NCBI GenBank assembly: GCA_042138585.1
Contig: JBHITY010000001.1
Span: 1-42,141 of the forward strand
Source: Nitrosopumilus sp.
GTDB lineage: Archaea > Thermoproteota > Nitrososphaeria > Nitrososphaerales > Nitrosopumilaceae
Length of the DNA: 42,141 nt
Direction: 5' to 3'
In this document: positions 17,839 to 26,472 of the stretch, one piece after another
Layout: the number at the start of each line of letters is the position of its first letter
How positions within the stretch are numbered: the stretch's first letter is position 1
Program-made: the position numbers and the translations under genes
Notes under the pieces: model-generated
Databases searched by the model: none
Told to the model about the DNA's origin: nothing
What the model saw: only the letters and a program-made list of their open reading frames with translations

Positions 17839-19614
17839 TTGGCAGTTTCAATAAATCTTGGTAAAAAACTTGTTTTACTTGTCATGCTTGTAACAATGAC
17901 GGCTTTAGGAATTACATCTTACATGAGCATAGATTACTCCAGTGAAACTCTCAGAGAAAGAGGTGGAGAATTATTACACGGTGAATCCGATATTAGAGGA
18001 GAATCATTAAGATTACTTTTTGAAACAAGAATAGAACAAAATAAAATTCTTGCAAATGATCCTATGATTCGACTATTGGTTTCAGATATGGATGGGATTT
18101 CGGGACTAGAACTAAAATCAATCAAAGAAGAGAAACGTAGAGACTTTTTGATCCAAGTACAAGCATTTCAAGAGCTTGTTGGATTCTCAATTGGATTTGA
18201 AGATACTAAAATAATTGGTAAGAACGGAGATGTTTTCTTTTCACTTGCTGGAATATCTAATGAAGATTATACTCAAAATGATTACTTTCAAAGAGGATTA
18301 AAGGGGTCATTTGTGGATTTTGAACCTTCTGGTACAGGCAAAAAAATGATTGTTGTTACTCCTGTTTATGCTGCAGAGAGTAAAATTGGAGATGAAGCAA
18401 TTGGAGTTATCATTTCTAGAATGAGAACTGCTGCAATTGACAATGTTTTACTTAACAGAAGTGGATTAGGTGAAACAGGAGAAGTATACATCGTTAATAG
18501 TGACTTTGTAATGTTATCTGAATCTAGATTTTTTGAAAATGCAGTATTTGAACAACGAGTAGATACAGTTGGTGTTCAAGAGTGTTTTACTAATAACATG
18601 GAGTATGTTGGAATTTATCCTGATTATAGAGGAATTTCAATTTATGGATCATCTTACTGTATGCCAGAATTTGGAATTGTATTACTTGCAGAAATGGATG
18701 AAACAGAGCTAGTTGAACCAATAAAAATTCTGCAAACTAGAATTATCCTTACTAGTTTACTCATAATACTTGCGATGGGATTAGTTGCATTTTTTGCTGC
18801 TGAGTCATTATCACATCCATTACGTGCACTAAAAAAAGCTGCAAATAAGATTGCAGATGGTGAGTTTGATGTCAGAACTAATATCAAAACACGAGATGAA
18901 ATAGCAGAATTATCCAGTGCATTTGATTTAATGGCACAGAAATTACAAGAATCATTAATTGAAATTAAACAAAAAGATGAAGTCATAAAGCAACTCGAGG
19001 GTGATATGTTGTTAAAGTTCTCTCAACACGAAGAAAATGATTGTGTAGGAGTAATTGACATGGCAGATTCTACTAGAATTTCATCAAACTTATCTGATCA
19101 AGATATATCAAAACTTTATGAAATATTTTTGAATTTTATGGCAAAGATAATTGTACAACACAAAGGAGAAGTTATAAAAAATATTGGAGATGCATTGATG
19201 TTCAGATTTGCAAATATTGATACCAAAAATGATGAACAGCTCAAAAATACTCTAGAATGTTGTATGTGCATGGTTGAATCACATGGAAAACTACAAGAAG
19301 AACTCAAAAAAGAAAACATGCCTCAATTAGATTATAAAATTAGTTTAACATATGGACCTGTAAAAGTAGCTGAAAGTACTACTTCAAAAATCAGCGATGT
19401 TTTTGGTCCTACTGTTAATCGTTGTTTCAAAATTAATTCACTTTGTCCAAAAAATAGCCTAGTTGTAGGTGAGAATGTTGAAAAAATCTTTAGGGATTTT
19501 TCAGAATATGAATTTTCAGAATTATGCATAATTGAATTAAAGCAAAAATACGGTTACAATATCTTTGAAGTCAGAAGAAGAAATCTTGAGGGTTTTGGAA
19601 CGAAATCTGATTAA
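17839..19614 (+). CDS. membrane sensor class III adenylate/guanylate cyclase (TM-Cache-TM-HAMP-cyclase)
   Basis: Cache-like GLGETGEVYIVN and YPDYRG; HAMP PLRAL...RDEIAELSSAFDLM; cyclase VIDMADST, IKNIGDALM, DVFGPTVN. Confidence 0.9.
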   Translation: MAVSINLGKKLVLLVMLVTMTALGITSYMSIDYSSETLRERGGELLHGESDIRGESLRLLFETRIEQNKILANDPMIRLLVSDMDGISGLELKSIKEEKRRDFLIQVQAFQELVGFSIGFEDTKIIGKNGDVFFSLAGISNEDYTQNDYFQRGLKGSFVDFEPSGTGKKMIVVTPVYAAESKIGDEAIGVIISRMRTAAIDNVLLNRSGLGETGEVYIVNSDFVMLSESRFFENAVFEQRVDTVGVQECFTNNMEYVGIYPDYRGISIYGSSYCMPEFGIVLLAEMDETELVEPIKILQTRIILTSLLIILAMGLVAFFAAESLSHPLRALKKAANKIADGEFDVRTNIKTRDEIAELSSAFDLMAQKLQESLIEIKQKDEVIKQLEGDMLLKFSQHEENDCVGVIDMADSTRISSNLSDQDISKLYEIFLNFMAKIIVQHKGEVIKNIGDALMFRFANIDTKNDEQLKNTLECCMCMVESHGKLQEELKKENMPQLDYKISLTYGPVKVAESTTSKISDVFGPTVNRCFKINSLCPKNSLVVGENVEKIFRDFSEYEFSELCIIELKQKYGYNIFEVRRRNLEGFGTKSD

Positions 19615-20765
19615 TTTTTAGAAAAACCAAACTTTGATGCCCAACCTGATTTTTGTTTTTTTGATGGTTTTTTTGAAAGGTTGTTGAGCATTTCATATGT
19701 GATTGTGAATCCATGACCGACCATTGTAGCATCATTTGCATAGTTCTGTTTGTTAGGAACAAATTCATCAGCTAAATCTTTGATCTTCTTTGTTTTGAGA
19801 TCAAATAATCTGATTTTCTTTCCATTTTCTAACTCAATTTTAGCATCACCACTTAGTCCTTGAATAGAGAAATTTTCAAAGAATCGAATTGAACCGCCTT
19901 CTTTTAGTTTGATAATAGAGTCATACGTGAATTTGCCCCCATAAAACAAGACTTCACGAGCAGAAATTATCACATCATCTTCTACATTTAGAACAATGAC
20001 GGTATCAGCGTTTATTGATACAGTATTAACTACATTTTCAGCAATAATTTTTCCATTTGGAGCAGAGACATTAGTACGATGTTCCATAATTTTGTAGACA
20101 CCAACTTTGCCATCAGGATCTTCAACTCTAAATTTTCTACCAAAAATATTTCCGACTACAACGTTTCCATTATCTACAGTAATTTTAGCACCATTTTCAA
20201 TTTTATACTTATTTTCTAAAGGATCAATGAATTTGAAATCTCCTTTTGTTAGATGAATATTTGTTTGAAATTCTTGAGTCCAAGATGGACTAGTGATATT
20301 TCCTTGCATGGTAATTGGTCCATCATAAGTTAAATTTCCTGCCATGAAATTTCCTTTAATCGATAAAGCACCATTAGCCTTTCTTTCAAATTCCATTTCA
20401 CCAAGAGTTTTTGAACCAAATAGTTTTGAACCAGTTGAATTAGCTCTATTATGTGCTCCAGCCCATTCTTCAGCTGTTTTCATCTCTTTGGATAATTGTT
20501 GACCCAAGATCTGGTTTTTTCTTCTAACATCAGATTCAGATTCATCAGAATATACTCTAGAGTTTTTTATTTTTTCAATATCTGTTTCAGGATATTTTTT
20601 ACCAATTTTTAGATCTTCATATGCTTGTTTGATTTTTATGAATTGTTCATTTTCGCCACCACGATCAGAGTGATATTGTAGAGCTAATCTTCTAAATGCA
20701 TCACGAATTTCTTTTTCAGTAGTTCCTTCAACAATTCCTAAAATATCATAATTACTTTCAACCAT
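19611..20765 (-). CDS. J-domain protein (HSD variant) with a large beta-rich C-terminal domain
   Basis: NYDILG...IRDAFRRLALQYHSDRGG...FIKIKQAYEDL. Confidence 0.88.
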   Translation of the reverse strand: MVESNYDILGIVEGTTEKEIRDAFRRLALQYHSDRGGENEQFIKIKQAYEDLKIGKKYPETDIEKIKNSRVYSDESESDVRRKNQILGQQLSKEMKTAEEWAGAHNRANSTGSKLFGSKTLGEMEFERKANGALSIKGNFMAGNLTYDGPITMQGNITSPSWTQEFQTNIHLTKGDFKFIDPLENKYKIENGAKITVDNGNVVVGNIFGRKFRVEDPDGKVGVYKIMEHRTNVSAPNGKIIAENVVNTVSINADTVIVLNVEDDVIISAREVLFYGGKFTYDSIIKLKEGGSIRFFENFSIQGLSGDAKIELENGKKIRLFDLKTKKIKDLADEFVPNKQNYANDATMVGHGFTITYEMLNNLSKKPSKKQKSGWASKFGFSKN

Positions 20766-20864
20766 ATCTGGCAGTCCCCGAATAATTTTTCATAATTCCT
20801 ATACTTGTAGGTTATTACATTTACAGAATATCAAGGATGTGAAAAGAAAAATCAAAAAGATGTA

Positions 20865-21287
20865 CTATTTGACAACTAGTACAGGAATCTTGGTTTTGTG
20901 CATGACATAATTTGATGTACTGCCAAGAAATGCCTCTCTTGCACCACCCATACCTCTTGCACCGATCACAATCATGTCAAATTTGCCTTTTTTAGCATAA
21001 TTGACAATTTCAGAACCTGTATGACCACCGCCTGTAAAATACTTGAATTTGGCACCAGCACTTTGTGCTTTCTTCATTGCAGGGCCAATAGCTTTTACCG
21101 CCTTTTTCTGGGCATCTTCTTTCATTTTTTGTGTGTATTTTATTCCTGCTGCAATTGGTAAATGGAATACGTAAAAACCAGTAATTTCAGCACCGCTACC
21201 TTTTGCAATTTCAATTGCACAGTCCAAACCACGAGCGGAATTTTTAGAACCATCAAGGGGAACAAGAATTTTTGAGAATTTTCCCAT
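20865..21287 (-). CDS. universal stress protein (UspA family)
   Basis: ILVPLDGS, GARG-x9-GS ATP-binding motif, PVLVVK. Confidence 0.95.
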   Translation of the reverse strand: MGKFSKILVPLDGSKNSARGLDCAIEIAKGSGAEITGFYVFHLPIAAGIKYTQKMKEDAQKKAVKAIGPAMKKAQSAGAKFKYFTGGGHTGSEIVNYAKKGKFDMIVIGARGMGGAREAFLGSTSNYVMHKTKIPVLVVK

Positions 21288-21414
21288 GGTGTAATTTTTT
21301 TATCAATTTAATATAAACAGAAATACTAATTTTCATAGTTGAAATTCTTTGATCACAACCAGACTTGGTAATTATATCTTCAATTTTTATACAAAAAATC
21401 TAATTTTTTAAGAA

Positions 21415-22239
21415 ATGTCAATATCTGAATTTTCAAATAAACCAATTTCTATTATAAAAAATTCTACAATTTCTGATGCCATCAAAATGCTTCTCAACAC
21501 AAAGATTAGTAGGCTAATTGTAAATGATGGAGGAAAACACATTGGCATAATTACTGAAAAAGACATAGGACTCTTTTTGTTCTCAGAGACCACAAAAAGA
21601 GGATTAGAAGAAATACCTGTTACAGAAATTATGAAACCAATTGAATTTGTAGAGCAAGATCTTTCTCTCAAAGATGCTGCAAAGATTATGATTGAAAAAG
21701 GAATTAGTTCATTATCTATAGGAAGTGATCAAGAAGTAAAAGCAATTGTTACAAAAAGTGATCTTGTAAATTATTTTGCAAGAAGACTATCAGAAAAAAA
21801 TAAAGTAGTTGATTTTATGACTCATAATTATGAATCCACACATACAGCTGCACCATTGTATAAAGTTGTAAGAAAAATGTTAGAGAAAAAAATTTCAAGA
21901 ATAATTGTAAAAAATCAACAAGAAGAGCCTGTAGGAATAATTTCATTTAGAGATCTGTTTAGAATATCAATTGAACTTGGTAGTGAAGACGATTTTTCAG
22001 GAACAAATTTTGAGAATGTTAGGCGTGGATTTCTTTCAGAAGAGGGATTTGGAGATATTTCATTGGCTAGAGATGTAATGACAAAGGGGTTGATCACTAT
22101 CAAATTTAATGAAGACTTGGCTGAAGCTTGCAATGTATTATTAGAAAATAATGTTAGTGGATTAGTAGTTCTTGATGGAAACAATACCATTGCAGGAATA
22201 ATTAGTAAAAGTGATGTAGCTAAGGCACTAGCATCATAA
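21415..22239 (+). CDS. four-CBS-domain protein
   Basis: GIITEKDI, AIVTKSDL, GIISFRDL, GIISKSDV. Confidence 0.93.
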   Translation: MSISEFSNKPISIIKNSTISDAIKMLLNTKISRLIVNDGGKHIGIITEKDIGLFLFSETTKRGLEEIPVTEIMKPIEFVEQDLSLKDAAKIMIEKGISSLSIGSDQEVKAIVTKSDLVNYFARRLSEKNKVVDFMTHNYESTHTAAPLYKVVRKMLEKKISRIIVKNQQEEPVGIISFRDLFRISIELGSEDDFSGTNFENVRRGFLSEEGFGDISLARDVMTKGLITIKFNEDLAEACNVLLENNVSGLVVLDGNNTIAGIISKSDVAKALAS

Positions 22240-22243
22240 TAAC

Positions 22244-22924
22244 ATGAAATGGCATTTTGAGGATTTCATTTACGGTTCCATTGATGGTGCAGTAACAACT
22301 TTCGCTATAGTAGCAGGTGTGGTAGGAGCTGGATTATCACCTGGAATAATTTTGATTTTAGGATTTGCAAATCTTTTTGCAGATGGATTTGCAATGGCTG
22401 CTGCAAACTTTCAAGCATCAAAAGCAAGAAATGAGTTTATTCAAATGAAGAGAAAACAAGAAGAGTGGGAAATTGACAATTTAGAAGATGAGGAAAGAGA
22501 AGAAATTCGAGAAATTTACAGAAAAAAAGGTTTCAAAGATGAATTATTAGAGGAAATTGTTCGAATAATTACTTCCAGAAAGAAGGTTTGGGTAGATACA
22601 ATGATGAAAGAAGAGTTGGGTCTAATTGAAGATGAAAAGAAACCAATTGAGAGTTCTATTAGTACATTTATTGGTTTTAACGTAATTGGAGTGATTCCAC
22701 TTATTCCTTTTATTGTATTCTTTACGATTGATTCAAATTTAAATTCTGATACATTTCTTTATTCAACAATTTCAGTAGTAATTGCATTTTTCATTGTTGG
22801 AATGATCAAAGCAAAAATTGTTAAGAAATCAAAAATTCGTTCAGGGATCTATACGCTTATCATTGGTGGAATTGCAGCAACTGTCGCCTATTTTGTAGGA
22901 TATGGATTAAATTTTCTAGTTTAA
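22244..22924 (+). CDS. VIT1/CCC1-family Fe/Mn transporter
   Basis: IYGSIDGAVTTFA, GFANLFADGFAMA, Glu-rich loop, MMKEELG. Confidence 0.93.
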   Translation: MKWHFEDFIYGSIDGAVTTFAIVAGVVGAGLSPGIILILGFANLFADGFAMAAANFQASKARNEFIQMKRKQEEWEIDNLEDEEREEIREIYRKKGFKDELLEEIVRIITSRKKVWVDTMMKEELGLIEDEKKPIESSISTFIGFNVIGVIPLIPFIVFFTIDSNLNSDTFLYSTISVVIAFFIVGMIKAKIVKKSKIRSGIYTLIIGGIAATVAYFVGYGLNFLV

Positions 22925-22936
22925 GAGAAAACAGAG

Positions 22937-24232
22937 ATGGCTGAACTACATCGTCACATGGGACTTTTTCATCTTACTATGTATGGTGTGGGATTAATTC
23001 TAGGTGCAGGAATCTACGTCCTAATTGGTGAAGCTGCAGGGTTTGCTGGAAATTCAATGTGGATATCATTTTTACTAGGTGGAGTAGTTGCTATGTTTGC
23101 CGGATTAAGTTATGCAGAACTTTCTGCACTATATCCAAAAGCTGCTGCAGAATATACTTTTGTAAAAAATGCTTTCAAGAATAGATTTTTTGGATTTATT
23201 ATAGGATGGCTCACTGCAATTACATCGATAATTGTTGCAGCTACAGTTGCTTTAGGATTTGGTGGTTATCTAACTCAGTTCATAGAACTGCCTATTACAA
23301 TTGGAGCAATAATTCTAATTGTAATTTTATCAGTTGTGAATTTTATTGGAATTAAAGAATCAGCATGGGCAAATACTATTTTTGCATTGGTTACTGCTGC
23401 AGGACTTGTTCTAATCATTTTTCTTGGGTTTTCAATGGAACCAGTTGAAACAATTGATTATTTTGAGGCACCAAGTGGTATTACAGGCATAATTCTTGCA
23501 TTTGTTTTGATTTTCTTTGCATTTATTGGGTTTGAGGATATGGCAAATGTTGCTGAAGAAGTAAAAAGACCAAAGAAAACAATTCCAAGAGCAATTATTT
23601 TGTCGGTAGTAATTACCGGGATAATTTACATTCTAGTTTCTCTAGCAGCAATTAGAATTCTAAATTGGGAGGATTTAGCAGCATCTTCTGCTCCTTTAGC
23701 TGATGTAGCTCATTCAGCAATTGGTATGAATGGAAGTATTACACTATCCCTTATCGCACTTTTTGCTACAGCAAGTACTGTGCTAATTACACTAGTTGCT
23801 GGGGCCAGAATTCTATACGGAATGGCAAAAAGTGGAACTCTGCCTGAGTTTTTAGGTAGGGTACATCCTAAGACAAAAACACCTTGGATTGCAGTAATTG
23901 GAATTTTAGTTACTTCCATTGCATTTGCTTTTGTAGGAGATATTGTAATAATTGCAAATATTGTGGTTTTTGCTGTAGTAATTACATTTGCAGCAATTAA
24001 TTTAGCAGTAATTGTTCTCAGATATACTGAACCTGTTTTAGAAAGGCCATTCAGAGTTCCAGTGAATATTGGAAAATTTCCAATTTTGCCATTGTTTGGG
24101 TTTGGAACAACTGCTTACATGGCATTACAATTTGAGATAGAAATAGTTCTTGTAGGACTAGCAATTATTGCAATTGGAGCTGTTTTGTATTTATTTTTGA
24201 GAAGAAGAAAAGATTTTATGAATTCTGATTAG
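22937..24232 (+). CDS. APC-family amino acid permease
   Basis: ILGAGIY, SYAELS, FAFIGFE, AEEVKRPKKTIPRAI, about 12 TM. Confidence 0.93.
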   Translation: MAELHRHMGLFHLTMYGVGLILGAGIYVLIGEAAGFAGNSMWISFLLGGVVAMFAGLSYAELSALYPKAAAEYTFVKNAFKNRFFGFIIGWLTAITSIIVAATVALGFGGYLTQFIELPITIGAIILIVILSVVNFIGIKESAWANTIFALVTAAGLVLIIFLGFSMEPVETIDYFEAPSGITGIILAFVLIFFAFIGFEDMANVAEEVKRPKKTIPRAIILSVVITGIIYILVSLAAIRILNWEDLAASSAPLADVAHSAIGMNGSITLSLIALFATASTVLITLVAGARILYGMAKSGTLPEFLGRVHPKTKTPWIAVIGILVTSIAFAFVGDIVIIANIVVFAVVITFAAINLAVIVLRYTEPVLERPFRVPVNIGKFPILPLFGFGTTAYMALQFEIEIVLVGLAIIAIGAVLYLFLRRRKDFMNSD

Positions 24233-24885
24233 TTCTTTTTAGATTTTGCAAGTGCGACAACTGCAATTGCTATTCCGATTAGACCAACACCAATTCCTGC
24301 ATAACCCATATCCATTTGTTGTTTAGTTTCTTCTAGTAGTTGCACTGAATCTTTTAGTTCACCAATATCCTCAATCAATGCAGTGTGTCCATCTATCATT
24401 TGTTGTACAGTAATATCAGATGGCTCAGGGAATTCAATGTAAGAACGTTCTGCTACTTTTGGAGGATGCATTGATAAACTAATCGGAGTGTCTTCAATCG
24501 AACCTAACACATTTGCTTGATAAAATCCTGAAACAGTTGGATTTACAAATGCATAGTATTTTCCAGGAATGTCATGATCAGGTGATAACGGAAGATTGAT
24601 ACTTTCATCATTGTAAACTAATTGCATCTTTACTGTTTTTTTCAAGCCTTCAATTCCATTTTGAAATTCTTGAGATTCTGCACATTTCATAGGTTCTAAT
24701 ATTTCAGGACATGCAATTAATGGACTAACATAGAATTCAATTCCATTAGTTTCTCCTGAAACAACTGGTTCATTCATCCAACCAATTTCAACCCTATATT
24801 CTCCTACTGCATCAATAGTATGTCCATAAGCAGCACCAAATGAGCTTGGAATTAGTAATAAAAGAAATAGAATTTGGAGTCTCAT
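24229..24885 (-). CDS. exported, C-terminally anchored protein with predicted N-terminal His
   Basis: Signal peptide ending AYG|H, IGWMNEP, C-terminal TM and basic tail. Confidence 0.75.
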   Translation of the reverse strand: MRLQILFLLLLIPSSFGAAYGHTIDAVGEYRVEIGWMNEPVVSGETNGIEFYVSPLIACPEILEPMKCAESQEFQNGIEGLKKTVKMQLVYNDESINLPLSPDHDIPGKYYAFVNPTVSGFYQANVLGSIEDTPISLSMHPPKVAERSYIEFPEPSDITVQQMIDGHTALIEDIGELKDSVQLLEETKQQMDMGYAGIGVGLIGIAIAVVALAKSKKN

Positions 24886-24954
24886 GCTAAAAAAACCATT
24901 TTTGATTTTAAAAATGTTCTATGTTAGTCAGTAAAGATTTGAGGTTTGTACCAA

Positions 24955-26400
24955 TTATGCATCAGCATACATTGAAACTTCCCAAGCTGTAGGAGTTTGG
25001 GCAAATGCAACATATTCTTTGTATTTTAATTCAGAATAAACATCAAGAAAATCTTTGGTGAAAATTTCTTCAAGGAATTTTGAATCAGATGCCAAGGAAT
25101 CAAGGGCACCTTTTAGTGATACAGGTAATGAACCAATTCTATATTCTCTTTTCTTTTCTGTAGAAAGTTTGTAGACATTTTCTTCAATTGGATCTCCCGG
25201 ATCAATTTTATTTTTTATTCCATCCAAGCCTGCAAGTAATAACGCAGCCTCTAAAAGATAGATATTTGCAGTAGGATCAGGAACTCTATATTCAAGTCGT
25301 TTACTTTTTTCTTGATTTCTATTATACATTGGAACTCGTATTGCAGCAGATCTGTTTGCCAATCCCCAACAAACATTGACAGGTGCTTCAAAACCTGGAA
25401 CAAGTCGTTTATACGAATTGGTGGTTGGATTTGAAATAGCACATAATGCTGATGCATGACTCATAATTCCTCCAATATAGTATCGTCCAGTTTGACTCAT
25501 TTGTGCAAGTTCATCATTTTCATCATACATTGCATTTGAATTTTCATTCCACAAGCTTTGATGAGTATGCATTGCAGATGCATTATCGCCAAAAATTGGT
25601 TTTGGCATAAATGTTGCAACTTTATTTTTTCGTTTAGCCTTAACTTTAACTAAATTTTTTACTCCAATTACATTGTCAGCCATTTGTATCATTTCATCAT
25701 ATACAAGGTTAATTTCACATTGACCAGAAGTTGCTACTTCATGATGTTCAGCTTCAATTCTAATTCCAAAGTAATTGTATAAATCATCACAAACATCTTT
25801 TCTAAATCCTTCAAGCGTGTCTTTGGGTTGAGATGGATAGTATCCTTCTTTGATATCAATTGCAGTACTTACATTTCCTTTAGCCCATGGAGATTCTTTA
25901 GATTCAATGGAATAACCTGAACCGCCATACGAATGTGTTGCTGCATAGGGAGATGGATAAACATTGATGGTATCAAATACAAAAAATTCTATTTCAGGTC
26001 CCCAATTTGTATGAGTAAATCCAAATTCGGCTAGTTTCTTTGATGCTTTATGTGCAATACTTCTCGAATCTCTATTGTATCTTGAACTCTCATCTGTGCT
26101 ACCATCATACAAATCACAAAATATTCTAGCATTCTTCCTATGCCCTGGATCATAGTCGGGTGGAAGAATTTTAAATGAATTTGGATCAGGCATTAAAATC
26201 ATATCAGAATTATTTACAGATTTAAAACCAACAATTGAACTTGCATCTAATTTCTCAAGACCGTTAACAAAACTACTATTATCAATTGCATAACTTGGCA
26301 TTCCAACATTATGTAATTCTCCAAAAATATCTACAAACCAAAAATCAATGAATGCAATCTTTTCATCTTGTATTTTTTGGAGTACCTGTTCTACGTTCAC
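24955..26400 (-). CDS. glnA: type I glutamine synthetase, paralog 1 (kamA-linked)
   Basis: GPEIEFF, HHEVATSGQCEI, ATFMPKP, NSYKRLVPGFEAP, NRSAAIRVP, RLEYRVPD. Confidence 0.95.
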   Translation of the reverse strand: MNVEQVLQKIQDEKIAFIDFWFVDIFGELHNVGMPSYAIDNSSFVNGLEKLDASSIVGFKSVNNSDMILMPDPNSFKILPPDYDPGHRKNARIFCDLYDGSTDESSRYNRDSRSIAHKASKKLAEFGFTHTNWGPEIEFFVFDTINVYPSPYAATHSYGGSGYSIESKESPWAKGNVSTAIDIKEGYYPSQPKDTLEGFRKDVCDDLYNYFGIRIEAEHHEVATSGQCEINLVYDEMIQMADNVIGVKNLVKVKAKRKNKVATFMPKPIFGDNASAMHTHQSLWNENSNAMYDENDELAQMSQTGRYYIGGIMSHASALCAISNPTTNSYKRLVPGFEAPVNVCWGLANRSAAIRVPMYNRNQEKSKRLEYRVPDPTANIYLLEAALLLAGLDGIKNKIDPGDPIEENVYKLSTEKKREYRIGSLPVSLKGALDSLASDSKFLEEIFTKDFLDVYSELKYKEYVAFAQTPTAWEVSMYADA

Positions 26401-26421
26401 TAATAATATTCAAAAATTGTT

Positions 26422-26441
26422 TTACTAATGTGGTTTAGTAA
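26422..26441. promoter_or_regulatory. perfect inverted repeat upstream of glnA paralog 1
   Basis: TTACTAA-tgtggt-TTAGTAA, 22-41 bp upstream of the GTG start. Confidence 0.4.
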
Positions 26442-26472
26442 GTTAGAATTGTCAATATGGTCAGGTTAAATT

